A stretch of DNA of 64,000 bases from Candidatus Nanohaloarchaea archaeon (GCA_042218325.1 JBDGRE010000013.1:1-64000), one strand, 5' to 3'; shown: positions 34,994 through 45,931, counted from the first letter of the stretch. The notes: a model not told the origin generated them from the letters alone. Translations and numbers: made by a program.

Positions 34994-35828
34994 ACGCGAA
35001 AAACTGGAAACGGTGCTCCGGGTACCCCGGCCGGCCCTGGTCGTCATGATAGTCGTTGGCATGGTCGCCGGCATCGAATCCATGGGTGCTCTAACACCGG
35101 TGAATTTTGCGGCCGCGGTTTACCTCTCCGTTACCTCCTGCTACTCCATCTTCGGCATCAACGACTACTACGATAGGGAGACTGACAGGGCGAATGACAG
35201 GAAGGGAGGCCTGCAGGGAGAGGTCGCAACCGGTGGGAGACGAGAGATGGTGAAGTACTCCGCGATAGCCGGGACGCTGCTTCTCGCGGCCTCCACGTTT
35301 TTCCTCTCCGGCCTGGCCCGGTACGCGGTTATCGGGATGACGGCGTTCTCGGTCGCCTACTCAGTCCCTCCCGTAAAGCTCAAGGGCCGGCCACCTCTCG
35401 ATTCCATCTCTAACGGTTTCTGGGTCTTCACGGTCTTCGCCGCAGGAATAGGTCTCGCGGGAGGAAGCTTCTCGTCGATAATCCCGGGCGCGTACTGGTT
35501 CTCCGCGATAATCGCGGGCGCCCACGCCGTCGCCTCGCTGCCGGATATCGAGGCCGACAGGAAGGCAGGGATAAAGACGACCGGCATGGTTCTCGGCTGG
35601 CGGCCCACCGTCTCGCTGCTGCTTGCCGTGATCCTCGCATCTCTATACTTCGTTAACTGGAGCGACCTGACCGCGGGCTACCTCGCCGGCTCCGCGCTCA
35701 TCCTCTCGACCATACTCCTGGAGCCGGACAGGCAGCGCTGGTACCGCTCTATGACCGCGTTCTACTTGTTCTCGTTCATCTACGGAGTGTACTGGATAAC
35801 ATGGAAAGCAGGTGTAGCGGTGCTGTAG
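34986..35828 (+). CDS. UbiA-family prenyltransferase
   Basis: NDYYDRETD, YSVPP.KLK, PDIEADRKAGIKT. Confidence 0.9.
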   Translation: MSRREKLETVLRVPRPALVVMIVVGMVAGIESMGALTPVNFAAAVYLSVTSCYSIFGINDYYDRETDRANDRKGGLQGEVATGGRREMVKYSAIAGTLLLAASTFFLSGLARYAVIGMTAFSVAYSVPPVKLKGRPPLDSISNGFWVFTVFAAGIGLAGGSFSSIIPGAYWFSAIIAGAHAVASLPDIEADRKAGIKTTGMVLGWRPTVSLLLAVILASLYFVNWSDLTAGYLAGSALILSTILLEPDRQRWYRSMTAFYLFSFIYGVYWITWKAGVAVL

Positions 35829-35900
35829 AAAGAGTATAAGAAGAAAAAGTGTGGGAGAAGGAGCCGAAAACGGGAAAAAGAACTTCCCGACTTCCGAACT

Positions 35901-36134
35901 TTACTCCTCGTTGTCTTCCAGTTCTTCGGCTAGTTCTTCAGGCGCAGCGCCTCCCTGCTGCTCCTGCATCTCCTCGACGATCTCCTGTGCCTTCTCGTTG
36001 ATAGTGTCCTGGTCGATCATGTCTTCCTCGTCCAGAACGGCGAGAAGAGCGTGGACTGTCAGCTCGAGGTTTCCTAGCTTCTGCTGGAACATCTGCATCA
36101 TCTGCTGAGAGTTCATCTCAGGTTGTTCTGCCAT
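35901..36134 (-). CDS. Small acidic hypothetical protein
   Basis: GGTGA RBS; 5' leader contains hairpin GCAGGT/ACCTGC. Confidence 0.7.
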   Translation of the reverse strand: MAEQPEMNSQQMMQMFQQKLGNLELTVHALLAVLDEEDMIDQDTINEKAQEIVEEMQEQQGGAAPEELAEELEDNEE

Positions 36135-36287
36135 TGTCTAAATCACCTTGAAAGGTAGAAGCAGGTAATCAACCTGCCATCTCTACACCTATCCCACTGA
36201 TAACCTACAACTCTTATAAATGGGTCGACCGTCGCGGTTTCTATCCTCGCTAATCGGCTAAATCCCGTAACCCTCGGACAGGTCGTC

Positions 36288-36683
36288 TTAGTCGTCGAAC
36301 CCCTGCTCCGCCAGGTCTTTTACGGTCACCCGCCTGCTGAAAAACAGAACGTCTCTCAGGAAATCCTTTACGCCGTCCTGCTCGGTGTCCGCCACCCCGT
36401 ACGAGACCCTTTCCCGGGCCCCGACCCTTTCGCTGCCTGACAGGGCTGCCGCGGCCGCGACGCCTATATTGTAAGCTGCCTGCCCCCTACCGAGACCTTT
36501 TTCGACGGCGTCCCTGTAAGCCCTCCGGGAGGTCTGCTCGATAGCCGCCAGGTCACCGTCCATCACCTCGAAATCCTTCCGGGCCTCACTCAGGAAATCC
36601 TCGTCAAGCTCCCTCGCCGGCAGGCTGTAGGCCAGCGGCGTTTTATCGCCGAGCCACCTTCCAAGACGGTCCCAGTCCACCAT
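36288..36683 (-). CDS. Hypothetical protein
   Basis: MVDWDRLG.. follows aIF2-beta. Confidence 0.55.
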   Translation of the reverse strand: MVDWDRLGRWLGDKTPLAYSLPARELDEDFLSEARKDFEVMDGDLAAIEQTSRRAYRDAVEKGLGRGQAAYNIGVAAAAALSGSERVGARERVSYGVADTEQDGVKDFLRDVLFFSRRVTVKDLAEQGFDD

Positions 36684-36691
36684 CGAAAAGA

Positions 36692-37099
36692 TCAGTCCTC
36701 CATCGGCGTCCGGGCACCACAGGCCTGGCACTTCATGATCTCCACGCCCTTCTCCTTGATTATCTCGGTGTCCGGCCGCTCACACTTCGGGCAGAACACG
36801 TACTCGTCCGCGAACTGCTGGACCTTCGCCTGGACGTTGCCGCGCCGGAACTCACCGTTCAAAACCAGCTCGTCGCCGTCGATATGGCCTGCCGTCCCGA
36901 GCTCGTTCTGGATGTAATTCGACACCCGCTTCTGCTCCCGCGAAAACGCATCAACTATCTCCTTGAAATTAGTTATAACCGTCGAAGAACCCGACTTCTT
37001 CGTCTCCGCAACAGGAACCTCGAAACGCTCCTCGGTCTCCTCGACCTCCGGCACCTCATCCATACCCTTCTCCAAGAGATCTTCGTAATCGTCAGTCAT
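36692..37099 (-). CDS. eif2b: Translation initiation factor aIF2 beta
   Basis: ERFEVP, ELGTAG, YVFCPKCERPDT..CQACGA. Confidence 0.95.
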   Translation of the reverse strand: MTDDYEDLLEKGMDEVPEVEETEERFEVPVAETKKSGSSTVITNFKEIVDAFSREQKRVSNYIQNELGTAGHIDGDELVLNGEFRRGNVQAKVQQFADEYVFCPKCERPDTEIIKEKGVEIMKCQACGARTPMED

Positions 37100-37253
37100 A
37101 CCGCAGTATTAAGGCGTGAGTTTCTTAACTTGGGTTGTCTCTGCCGAACATTTCGTCTCGCAGTTTTTTAGCTTTCTTTCGATTTTCTATTTTCGCAAGA
37201 GCGGCTATTGAAAGGACTGCTTCGTAAAGGATTCTGGAGTGGAAAAATATTTG

Positions 37254-37646
37254 TTAGAATATTGAGACTGATGTAAAGATGGCAAGCTCCAATTGCCATC
37301 CGAGTTCAAGGTTATCCCAAATAAGGAAAAGAGAGGCAATAGAGAGCACGAAAAGAATTAATGCTGTAGCTACTTCTGCGGCCTTTAGCGGACTTCTAAA
37401 TACATCCTTGAAGACACGCATTCCTTCTATTCCGGCGTTCGAAGGTTTCTCTCCTTCGATGGAATTCAGGTCCTCGTCCTCGCTTGATAGAACAGCCGCG
37501 GCACCTACCATGAAGACGTAGATTATTCCCCAGTTAAACGGGCTCAGTAAAGGGGTTTTGATGCCCTGAAAAGATAAAATTGCGAAGTTAGTTGATATTA
37601 GGAACAGGATTTTCTCGTTTTCATCAGGATTGAACGCTGGTATCAT
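37254..37646 (-). CDS. AT-rich membrane protein
   Basis: Several TM segments; composition differs from neighbours. Confidence 0.45.
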   Translation of the reverse strand: MIPAFNPDENEKILFLISTNFAILSFQGIKTPLLSPFNWGIIYVFMVGAAAVLSSEDEDLNSIEGEKPSNAGIEGMRVFKDVFRSPLKAAEVATALILFVLSIASLFLIWDNLELGWQLELAIFTSVSIF

Positions 37647-37649
37647 TAC

Positions 37650-38393
37650 CTACAGCTTCTTGATCTTCCCTGGCTTTGGCTCATAGAAGGTGCCCTCGCT
37701 TAACAGAGAATTAATCGTGTCTTCGAGCTGGTCTTCGGGGGCGTCGACTTCTTCCGCGATGTCGCTGTAGTCCGCTCCCTCTTCCGTGTCCATGCGTTCG
37801 ACGGCGTCTATGACCTTCCGCTCCAGGTTCTCCCTGTTTTCCTGCTGGGAGGTGTCGAACTGTTCGCCGAACGACTGGAGCAGCGCATCCACTTCTTCTT
37901 CCTCGAGCTTGCCGGCCATCTCCTTCTCTATCTCGTCCTGTGATTTCCCGCTTTCCTTCAGCTGCTTGACCGTGTTCCTTATGGACTGCCATTCCTCCTC
38001 GGATCTCCTGTACCTGAGCTGGTGGAGGAACTCCCGCTTCACGTCCCGGTCGACGAGTATCTCGGCGTTCATGTATATCTGGCCCTGGTACTCCCGGACC
38101 TTGCCGACCGCTTCCACGATGTCGCCTATCTCGTGCTCGTCCATCGGTTCGAGCTCGTTGAAGAACTTGACCTGTACCGTGTCGGTGCCGTCGTCGAGGG
38201 TTATCGAGCCGTAGGTCTCGTCCTCGTTCTTGAACTTGTCGACGACCGTGGCGACGACGCGGCCCCGGGAGATGCGGCGGCCTTCCGGCGTGAGAAGGTA
38301 GTTTGGTGTGAATCCTTCCTTCTGGAAGTACTTGCCTGTGTTGAGTTCTTCTGCCGTCGTCAGCTTTGCTGTCTGTCTTTTCTGCTGTGGCAT
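37650..38393 (-). CDS. RPA2-like OB-fold plus winged-helix protein
   Basis: TLDDGT, VGKVREY, C-terminal YEPKPG. Confidence 0.85.
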   Translation of the reverse strand: MPQQKRQTAKLTTAEELNTGKYFQKEGFTPNYLLTPEGRRISRGRVVATVVDKFKNEDETYGSITLDDGTDTVQVKFFNELEPMDEHEIGDIVEAVGKVREYQGQIYMNAEILVDRDVKREFLHQLRYRRSEEEWQSIRNTVKQLKESGKSQDEIEKEMAGKLEEEEVDALLQSFGEQFDTSQQENRENLERKVIDAVERMDTEEGADYSDIAEEVDAPEDQLEDTINSLLSEGTFYEPKPGKIKKL

Positions 38394-38416
38394 ATTGTTA
38401 TCACGGGGTACGAATT

Positions 38417-38896
38417 TTAAGAAGTTGCTCTCTCGTCGGCCTCTTCTTCCAGTGCTTTTCCGTACAGGCCGTCCTCCCTTTCGGCGCGTTTCCGGACCTG
38501 CATCTCGGTCATGTCCTGTGCCTCGGCATCGACTATCTCCTGGAGTCCCTCGTATAGCTGGCCCGTGAAGGTGTCGACCGCCTGCAGGGTGGCGTAGCCT
38601 CTCTCCGTGAGCCCCCAGCCGTTTGGACCTCTTTCTGCGTATCCCCTGCGCTCGAACTCCTCGCCTATCTTCATGACCGAGGGCGTGTCTTCGTCGAGTG
38701 CATCGGCGATGTTCCGGAAGGTCGGTGTGGACCTGTGGCCTATCCCGAGGAAGACCTGGTAGCCGAGACCGTTTCCCTGTCCGAGCAGCGAGAATATCTC
38801 CCCTGGCTCGGCGTCCTGCGAGTCGTGTAGTTCCTCACTGAAATCCTCGTAGCTCGGTACCCTGAAAAGTCCGTCTTCGTCGCGGTAGCTGCTCAT
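38417..38896 (-). CDS. Hypothetical wHTH-like protein
   Basis: TFRNIADAL...GYAE...WGLTERG. Confidence 0.6.
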   Translation of the reverse strand: MSSYRDEDGLFRVPSYEDFSEELHDSQDAEPGEIFSLLGQGNGLGYQVFLGIGHRSTPTFRNIADALDEDTPSVMKIGEEFERRGYAERGPNGWGLTERGYATLQAVDTFTGQLYEGLQEIVDAEAQDMTEMQVRKRAEREDGLYGKALEEEADERATS

Positions 38897-38900
38897 GTCC

Positions 38901-40892
38901 TTACACCTGCTGGATGTGGCCGGGTTGCGGCTCCCAGAGGTCTCCCTCGCGTTTCATGCGCTGGATTATCTCCTCAGCCTTGTCGCGGTCCAGGCCCTGG
39001 TCCTCCGCGGCCTCGATGACCGAGTCGACCTCGACCGCGGAGTCGTCGCCGCCCTCGCTCCTGATTATCTGTTTCATCGTCTGCAGCCGGTTGCGCTGCG
39101 ACGAGGAGACGCCGGATTCTATCATGTCGATGTCGTAGTCACCGGTCTCCGGGTCGACCCCTATCTGCTTCAGGCAGTAGGTGAGTATGTCGATGGCGCG
39201 CTGGGAGTCCTTCTCCACGACCTCGTCCCGCAGCTCGGCCCGTGCACTCGCCTCCGCGACACGCACGAGCGCCTCGAGCTGTCTCGCTGTTATCGGTACG
39301 GAATCGCCTTCTTCCGACCCTGATTCACGCATGGATACGTAGAACTCCTGTATGTGATCCGCCGCCTCCTGTGTCAGCTGCGGCCGGAGGTTCTTCTTGG
39401 CATAGGCGACGTACTTCCTCAGCGTATCCGCGTCGATGGCCGCGTCAAGGTTCTCCGGCTCGATGTGGTTCTGGAGCACCTGAGAGGAGAGCTTGGTGTC
39501 CTTCTCCTTGTCCGGCTCGTCCTTTACCGGGAAGATGAAATCGAACCGGGACAGCAGCGTGTCGCCCAGGTCTATCTGCTGCGGTATCGGCTCATACGGG
39601 TCGAACCGGCCGAGCTTCGGGTTTCCTGCGGCGAGGATCGATGTCTGGGCGTTGAGCGTGGCCTGGATGTTCGCCTTCGCCACGGATATCTGCTGCTGCT
39701 CCATCGCCTCGTGCATCGAGGAGCGGTCCTCGGAGGACATCTTGTCTATCTCGTCGACCGCCGCAAGACCTTTGTTCGCGAGCACGATGGCGCCGGCCTC
39801 CAGCTCGAACTCGCCGGTCTGCTCGTTCCTTACCGCCGCTGCAGTCAGGCCTGCTCCGGTCGAGGATTTTCCGACCACGTAACGACCCTTCGGCGCGAGC
39901 TCTCCGGCGAATTTGAGTATCTGCGACTTTCCTGTTCCCGGCTCACCGATCAATAGTATGTGGAGGTCTCCCCGGGACTTTACGCCGTCCTCTCGTGTCT
40001 TCTTCACTCCGCCGAACAGCTGGAGAGCGACCGCCTCCTTTATCTTGTCGTGGCCGTAGATAGAGGGTGCTATGGAGTCAGCTATCTTCTGGAATATCTC
40101 CTCGTCGCTCGACAGCTGCTTGATGCGCTCGATTTCCTCGTCGTCGAGCTCCAGCTCCTCGAACTCCTGCTCGGTCGGGTCGAGGTAGTTGGCCTCCATG
40201 TAGATATCGTACTTCTTCGAGTTCTTCTGGAACGGTTTTTCTCTGAGTACTCCTGTTATCGCGGCGACGTTACCCGGCACCACCTTCTTCTGGAAGTCGG
40301 GGTCGACCAAGTCGCCCTCCAGCCGGACGTTCAGGTTCGCCGGCTGCTCGCTGCCTTCCCGTGACTCCGGGTTCTCCTCCAACACGACGTTCTGGGTGTC
40401 GGTCATCTTTTTCTCCGCGACCTCGAACTTGCGGGAGCCGCACTCGCACTTGTACGGCGACTTGAGCTCGGTGGAGTCCTGCTCCTTCACGTGCAGGTCG
40501 CCGCACTGTGTGCACTCGAACTCCGCCTCTGTCAGCTCCGGCTTCACCTGCGACGCGCGCTTTATCATGCCCTCGATGGGGACGAAGTTGCCGATGTGCT
40601 CGGAGCGCAGGTTCTTCAGCTTGACGAAGTCTTCCTCCGGCATCCCCGTGAACCTGATCTGGAACTCCTCGTCGGAGACTATGTCGACGCCGAGCACTCC
40701 TTCGGAGGCGGCTTCCAGCGCGCTGTCCGGGCTTTCGCGGAGGTAGTCCGCGAGCTCAGGGTTGAAGACGTCCAGCTCCTGGAACTCCACGACTACCGAG
40801 TCCTCGCCCTCCTGGACAGCTTCAGCTACTTTTTCGTACCATTTCTGGGAGAAGAACTCTTCGAACTCCCTTACCGCCTCCCCGAACTCCAT
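38901..40892 (-). CDS. mcm: Replicative helicase MCM
   Basis: IAPSIYG, GEPGTGKSQ, VDEIDKM, HEAMEQQ, LLSRFD, TARQLE. Confidence 0.98.
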   Translation of the reverse strand: MEFGEAVREFEEFFSQKWYEKVAEAVQEGEDSVVVEFQELDVFNPELADYLRESPDSALEAASEGVLGVDIVSDEEFQIRFTGMPEEDFVKLKNLRSEHIGNFVPIEGMIKRASQVKPELTEAEFECTQCGDLHVKEQDSTELKSPYKCECGSRKFEVAEKKMTDTQNVVLEENPESREGSEQPANLNVRLEGDLVDPDFQKKVVPGNVAAITGVLREKPFQKNSKKYDIYMEANYLDPTEQEFEELELDDEEIERIKQLSSDEEIFQKIADSIAPSIYGHDKIKEAVALQLFGGVKKTREDGVKSRGDLHILLIGEPGTGKSQILKFAGELAPKGRYVVGKSSTGAGLTAAAVRNEQTGEFELEAGAIVLANKGLAAVDEIDKMSSEDRSSMHEAMEQQQISVAKANIQATLNAQTSILAAGNPKLGRFDPYEPIPQQIDLGDTLLSRFDFIFPVKDEPDKEKDTKLSSQVLQNHIEPENLDAAIDADTLRKYVAYAKKNLRPQLTQEAADHIQEFYVSMRESGSEEGDSVPITARQLEALVRVAEASARAELRDEVVEKDSQRAIDILTYCLKQIGVDPETGDYDIDMIESGVSSSQRNRLQTMKQIIRSEGGDDSAVEVDSVIEAAEDQGLDRDKAEEIIQRMKREGDLWEPQPGHIQQV

Positions 40893-40944
40893 GTCTATTG
40901 ATTGGTCGGAAAGAGTGAAAAAACGTGCAGGACCAGCACTTACC

Positions 40945-41241
40945 GTGACCGGCGAGAGACTTTCGGACGACGAGGTAGAAGAGGCCCTGAGAGACCTCGA
41001 GATATGGGGCGTGCAGTTCGAAAAGCTGGCTACCCGGGTGGAGTTCGACAGCTACGAGAACTCGGTGCTCTTCGCGAACAGGGTGTTCACGCTTGCCGCG
41101 GATACGGAATCGAAGCCGGAGGTCACCGTCTCGGGCGATGCGGTGGAGATAGACATATGGACGCCGGACACCGGGATAACCTCCCGGGATGTCGAGTTCG
41201 CCAGGAGCATCGAGCAGGAGCTGAGAGAACTCGACCTTTGA
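40945..41241 (+). CDS. Pterin-4a-carbinolamine dehydratase-like protein
   Basis: LSDDEV..W..EF..FANRV..A..P..GITSRDVEFA. Confidence 0.65.
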   Translation: MTGERLSDDEVEEALRDLEIWGVQFEKLATRVEFDSYENSVLFANRVFTLAADTESKPEVTVSGDAVEIDIWTPDTGITSRDVEFARSIEQELRELDL

Positions 41242-41247
41242 TAACCG

Positions 41248-43505
41248 TTATTCTTCCATATAGGCGGCAGCTACCGCGGAGAGGAGGATGCCCATGAGCA
41301 GCAGCGCACCCCCGGCTATCGCCGCGGGGACTACCGCGCTCTTCCTCGGGTACTTGTACTCGTCGTAACCCGCGGTGTGGCCCGGAACGTTGGAGACCTT
41401 CCCGTCGCCTTCCCCGACCTTCAGCTGGGCCTTCATGCCTTTCTGCTGGTGCTGGGGGACGCCGCAGTGGACCCTGAAGGTCTCGTCCTGCGCCGGAAGG
41501 ATGAAAGTGCCTGTCTCGCTGCCCGGGCCGGTGACCTCGATGGTGAACATGCCGCCGGGGTAGACGTTCCAGGGAAGGCCGTGGACCATCCACTGGTGCC
41601 TCACCGAGTCGTTGTTCACGAAAGTCACGGTCAGCTTCGTGCATTTCTCGAACTTGAGCGTCCTCTCGTCGTAGGTAAACGTCTTGCCGTTGAACTGCTG
41701 CGCGTACTCCCGCCCTTCGTGGACCGTTATGTTCTTCCAGCCGCTGATTGAGTCGCAGTTCGTCGGGAGCTCGTCCGGGTTCCCGTTCATCACCATCGAC
41801 ACACCGGGCGCTGACAGCACCGTCACCAGCAGAGCCGCGAGCAGGGATTTACGCATCCCTGTCACCCATCTCTTTCTCGCTGTGTAACCGGCACCGAGAC
41901 CTATAATCAGTCCGGCAACCGCTATAGCGGCTATCACCGGCCCGGACGGGGGCAGCATAGCGATATCCCCGAACAGGCCGGTCGGGTCGTAACTGTTCCA
42001 GACCGGTACTTCGCGCTCGTAGTAGGCCTCCGTGAAGTATGGCTTCCAGGACACGCCCTTCATCTCCGGCTCGCCGTTTGGCTTCAGGTAGGACCTGTAG
42101 GTGATGGTCGACAGGTCTCCCCCCGGCGCTATACCGTCGGTAGTGACCGCGTTCTCCCTGTGGTTGTGCATCAGCCAGACGCCGGGGCCGTATGAGTCGA
42201 GGCCGTTGTCGGTCGTGTTGATGACGAGGTCGAGCCGCTGGAAAGCACCGAGCTTGAACACGTCGCGCTGTATCTGCCGGGACCTGACGCCGTCCCTGTG
42301 GGTCGCGGTCGGCTTGTGGCCGTGCATGTGCAGGTCGATATCCTGCTTGCCTGTGTTGATAACCCGGAGCTTGACCTGCTGGTTCTTCTCCACCATTATC
42401 TGGGACTCCCTCTCGGTGTACGGGAACGATTTGCCGTTGAGGAGGAAGTAGTCCGCGGTCCGCTCCGTCACGTCTTATCCCCGGTTTATCATCTTCGAGA
42501 CCACTCGCGGGTCGTTGGACATCTCGACTATCTCGTGCAGCTTCCGGTCCACGTCCTGGTAGATGTAGTCGTACTCTTGGTCGTATTCTTTCTCCACGGG
42601 TTTCGACGGGTTCCTCACCTTGCCGCCGCCGATGTTGAAAGTCTGCAAGGTGTTGTTCTCCGCCTCCGGCGATATGACGAACATGCCGTTCAGGCCCATG
42701 AGGACGTGGCTCTGCGGCTGGACGTGGCAGTGGTACGCCATCGTGCCGGGCTGTCTTGTTTCTATCTCGTAGGTCCCGGACTCGCCCGGCATCACGGGTT
42801 CCTCCGAGGTCTGCGGCACCCCGTCGTTGCCTTCACCGCCTGACGTGAAGCCGTGGTCGACGCCGTGGAAATGTATGGTGTGCGGCATGTAGTGCGTGTT
42901 CTCCAGCTCCACGCTCACGTGGTCGCCCTGCTCGACACGCAGGGTCGGTGACGGCACCCGTATCAGCTCGGATGGGGTGCTGCCCTCGGAGGCCATACCC
43001 CGCGTCTTGGGGCAGAAGACCCAGAAGCCGGGAGCTATACCCGGCGCTATCTCCTGCCTGACAGTATTTGTTCGGCTGCCCGAAGGCTTCTTGCCGTTTA
43101 TCTCCGAGACCTCCAGCGTGATGTTGATGACGTCAGGATCTCCGTCGCCGTCGAGGTCGCGGCCTTTCTCCACCGCGTCCTCCGCGAGACCTGTCTCCAT
43201 CAGCGCGCTCATGGGCACGTTGTTTGTGCCTCTTGTCGCCGCCGCTACGACTTTCGGGTTGTCGGGCCTGCAGTTCCTGTCCTGCTGTATCTCCACGCCG
43301 AGCACTTCCTGCGCGGGCCTCCAGTCACTCCAGGTCGAATTCTTCGGGCAGAACTCCTCCGCGCGGATAAGTCGATCTTTTCCTCTGTAGGCGGCGCTTC
43401 TGTATAAACGGGTGGCGGCCTCTGGTTCGCTCCGCTGGAGTGGGCTGCCGTACTCCCGGCCAGGAGGATCACAAGGATCAAGGCCTGTATCTCTGGAGAC
43501 TCCAT
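41248..43505 (-). pseudogene. Disrupted multicopper oxidase plus cupredoxin locus
   Basis: HTIHFHG, YHCHVQP, HMHGH, MHNH motifs; frameshift near 43370; in-frame TAA at 42475; C-terminal cupredoxin HCGVPQH....M. Confidence 0.8.
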
Positions 43506-43532
43506 GTACTACCAGAGGCAGTTCTCTTTTGG

Positions 43533-43991
43533 TTAGTTAAATTTTTCCCGGAGATCTTCTGTCCGCGATATCGGCACGGTTCCTCTTTCCTCTACTATCT
43601 CCAGCATCCGGCTCCTGTTCTCCTTCCGTAGCTCCATCTCTCGGAGTTCACTTATGGAGAAAAAGCCGTAGTCCAGTATCTCGCCGTCGAAATGGTTATC
43701 CGGCTCGCCTTCACTTTCCAGCTCCACTTCGACAAGGAAGACGATGACAGGGTATTCGGTCGTGTCGGACTCCTCGATGAACGTCCCGTAGAGGCCGTTC
43801 GCCTTGACGCTTTAGCCTGTTTCCTCTTTTACCTCACGCTCGACGCATTCTTTCACTGATTCGTCTTGCTCCAGTCCGCCGCCGGGAAAATCCCAGAGAC
43901 CGTATACGTGGTCCTTGCCCTCCTGTACCATCAGTAACTCTCCTGAGTCGTACCTGCAGACAGCGAGGGTCGCGGAGATGAAACCAGCCAT
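43533..43991 (-). pseudogene. NUDIX hydrolase with in-frame TAA at 43812-43814
   Basis: WDFPGGGLEQDESVKECVEREVKEETG*SVK continues in frame. Confidence 0.8.
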
Positions 43992-44024
43992 GGTAAAAAT
44001 AAAGAGAAAAGAGATAGGAAGGGT

Positions 44025-44597
44025 TTACTCGAGAGCCCCGATCTCCCTGAGGTTCTCTTTCAGCTTGGAGATACCTTCCTGTACGTCGTCGTATGTCCTT
44101 CCACCGGTGCAGACGATGCGCCCTGAGGAGAACAGCAGGAACACAACGTTCGGCTCGTCAAGCCTGTAGACGAGTCCTGGGAACTGTTCCGGCTCGTACT
44201 CTGTACCGACGAGCTCGAACGCGATACGGTTGAGGTTGAGCGTCTGGCCAAGTTCCGAGGACGCGACCATGTTCTGGACCGTGATGTCCGGCTTGGTCTC
44301 GATGTCGACGTCCGCTTCACGCAGCTCGTCGATGATCTTGTGGACCGCGTCCTTTGCCATCTCCGGGCTCTGGGTTCCGGTACATACTACCTTGCCGGAT
44401 CCGAAGATGAGGGCTGCGGCCTTCGGGTCCTCGAGCCTGTAGACGAGTCCCGGGAACTGTTCCGGCTCGTACTCCGTGTTCTCGAGGTAGATAGCGATGC
44501 GGTCGAGCGGCATCCGCCTGTCCAGCGTTGTGGAGGCGACGACGTTCTCAATTTTGATGTCTTCATCCTTTTTGATGTCGTGTTCTTGTTCGGCCAT
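44025..44597 (-). CDS. tbp: TATA-box binding protein
   Basis: Two YEPEQFPGLVYR repeats. Confidence 0.98.
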   Translation of the reverse strand: MAEQEHDIKKDEDIKIENVVASTTLDRRMPLDRIAIYLENTEYEPEQFPGLVYRLEDPKAAALIFGSGKVVCTGTQSPEMAKDAVHKIIDELREADVDIETKPDITVQNMVASSELGQTLNLNRIAFELVGTEYEPEQFPGLVYRLDEPNVVFLLFSSGRIVCTGGRTYDDVQEGISKLKENLREIGALE

Positions 44598-44731
44598 GAG
44601 TATCACGTTGAAAGCACAAGAGTTTGCTTATAAACTCTTTAAATAGGGTTTAAAAGGGAAATCTTATAAAGGTATTTATAAACCGGCTCCGGGAGGGTCA
44701 CTTCAAAAACGTCCGCGGCTTAAAACTCTGC

Positions 44732-44953
44732 ATGGAGACGTTCCAGCGGCAGATGTTGCTCCTCGTGGGTTTCATGACTTTGCTGGCGACGGTGTTCCTG
44801 TTCCTGTTCGTCTACGCGCCGGATCCACTGAGTCCTCCCTCTATGGCCAGTTTCCTGCCTGACCCCGTGAACGATGCTGTCAACGCGACGGTCCAGGGCT
44901 GGGAGGCGCTCTTCGAGGACCTGGGTAGTGCGAAAGACATAGGGACAAGCTAG
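44732..44953 (+). CDS. Small membrane protein
   Basis: N-terminal TM helix. Confidence 0.5.
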   Translation: METFQRQMLLLVGFMTLLATVFLFLFVYAPDPLSPPSMASFLPDPVNDAVNATVQGWEALFEDLGSAKDIGTS

Positions 44954-45288
44954 TTCTCAAGGGACTCGAGAGTCCCGGATACGCCCGTGACCTGTATGAA
45001 GCCTTTCTCGCCGCCTATCTCGTCTATGAGCGCGAGCGCGGCCCTCAGGTCGTCCTCTGCCTGGCGGTTGACTCTGATGACTCCTTCCTGTTTTTCCTCC
45101 TCGAAACGGTTGCCTATTATCCAGAAATCAGCGTTACTGGAGCCTTTCGAGCCAAGGAAACCGAGCGCAGCGTCCCAGACCGCGTCTACCACCTCGCCGA
45201 GATCCCTCGGCTCTTCACAGTGGACCCGGAACCCGAGGTAGCGCTGTTTCTCCTGTATCGCTGGCGGCAGCCGCTTAATCGCTATCAC
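44950..45288 (-). CDS. rnp2: RNase P protein Pop5/Rpp14
   Basis: LPP...EKQRY, VSGT; adjacent to Rpp30. Confidence 0.9.
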   Translation of the reverse strand: MIAIKRLPPAIQEKQRYLGFRVHCEEPRDLGEVVDAVWDAALGFLGSKGSSNADFWIIGNRFEEEKQEGVIRVNRQAEDDLRAALALIDEIGGEKGFIQVTGVSGTLESLEN

Positions 45289-45898
45289 CTCCTATCTCGA
45301 CGCCGGGCCTGACCACGGAGCCGTCGTTCGCCTTTTTCGCCCTCTCGATTATGCCTGCGGGGAAATCGGAGACCGCCTTCTTCCCGCTATAGCCGAGCGA
45401 GTCGATGATCGCCTTGAGCTCTCTCGGCGCCCGCATCTCAAGTTTTTCCCGGGCCGAGGAGGTTACCAGGTAAGGGGTGTCGTATTTCTCGCACAGTCTC
45501 AGGTTGCGGTGCCAGTGCTTCAGGACATGGCTCTGCCTTTTCCCGTCCCCGGGCAGCTGCTGCAGGTCGAGGCCTATCGCCACCCGGTTCTCCGCGGCCT
45601 TCTCCGCGACTACGTGGTCGATACCGGAGTCCTTCCGGCTCTTTTCCGGGTGCATTATGACGTCGACGCGGGGATCGCCTGCGGCCTTCCTGTTCAGCTC
45701 CTCGTCGCCGCCCTCGAAAACCAGGACGTCGCAATGCTCCCGTTTCTCTCCTATCTTCTGCTTGAGCTCGCCCCAGTCTTCCGCCTCTATGAATACGGTC
45801 TCGTACCGGCAGTTGGTGGAGTCCCAGCCGAGTTCCTCCGCGAACTCCTCGATATTGCTGGAGGTATCTCTCAGGCAGATATCGTGGAAACCCGTCAT
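45275..45898 (-). CDS. rnp3: RNase P protein Rpp30
   Basis: LNRKA..VDVI, GIDHV..AAEN.VAI, RAPRE. Confidence 0.9.
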   Translation of the reverse strand: MTGFHDICLRDTSSNIEEFAEELGWDSTNCRYETVFIEAEDWGELKQKIGEKREHCDVLVFEGGDEELNRKAAGDPRVDVIMHPEKSRKDSGIDHVVAEKAAENRVAIGLDLQQLPGDGKRQSHVLKHWHRNLRLCEKYDTPYLVTSSAREKLEMRAPRELKAIIDSLGYSGKKAVSDFPAGIIERAKKANDGSVVRPGVEIGGDSD

Positions 45899-45931
45899 GC
45901 TGAAAAATATCTATCCGCAAAGTTATCAATT

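Noticed and set aside
38895-40901. Numerous long antisense ORFs opposite mcm, lig, elp3 and cdc6
   Set aside because: Expected from GC-rich, acidic codon bias; Ser/Leu-rich translations with no motifs.
42475-43814. Stop-codon reassignment (TAA read as Tyr) suggested by two in-frame TAA codons
   Set aside because: TAA terminates clear core genes here (mcm, rpl15e, tbp, cca) and the same locus also has a frameshift; decay or error is simpler.
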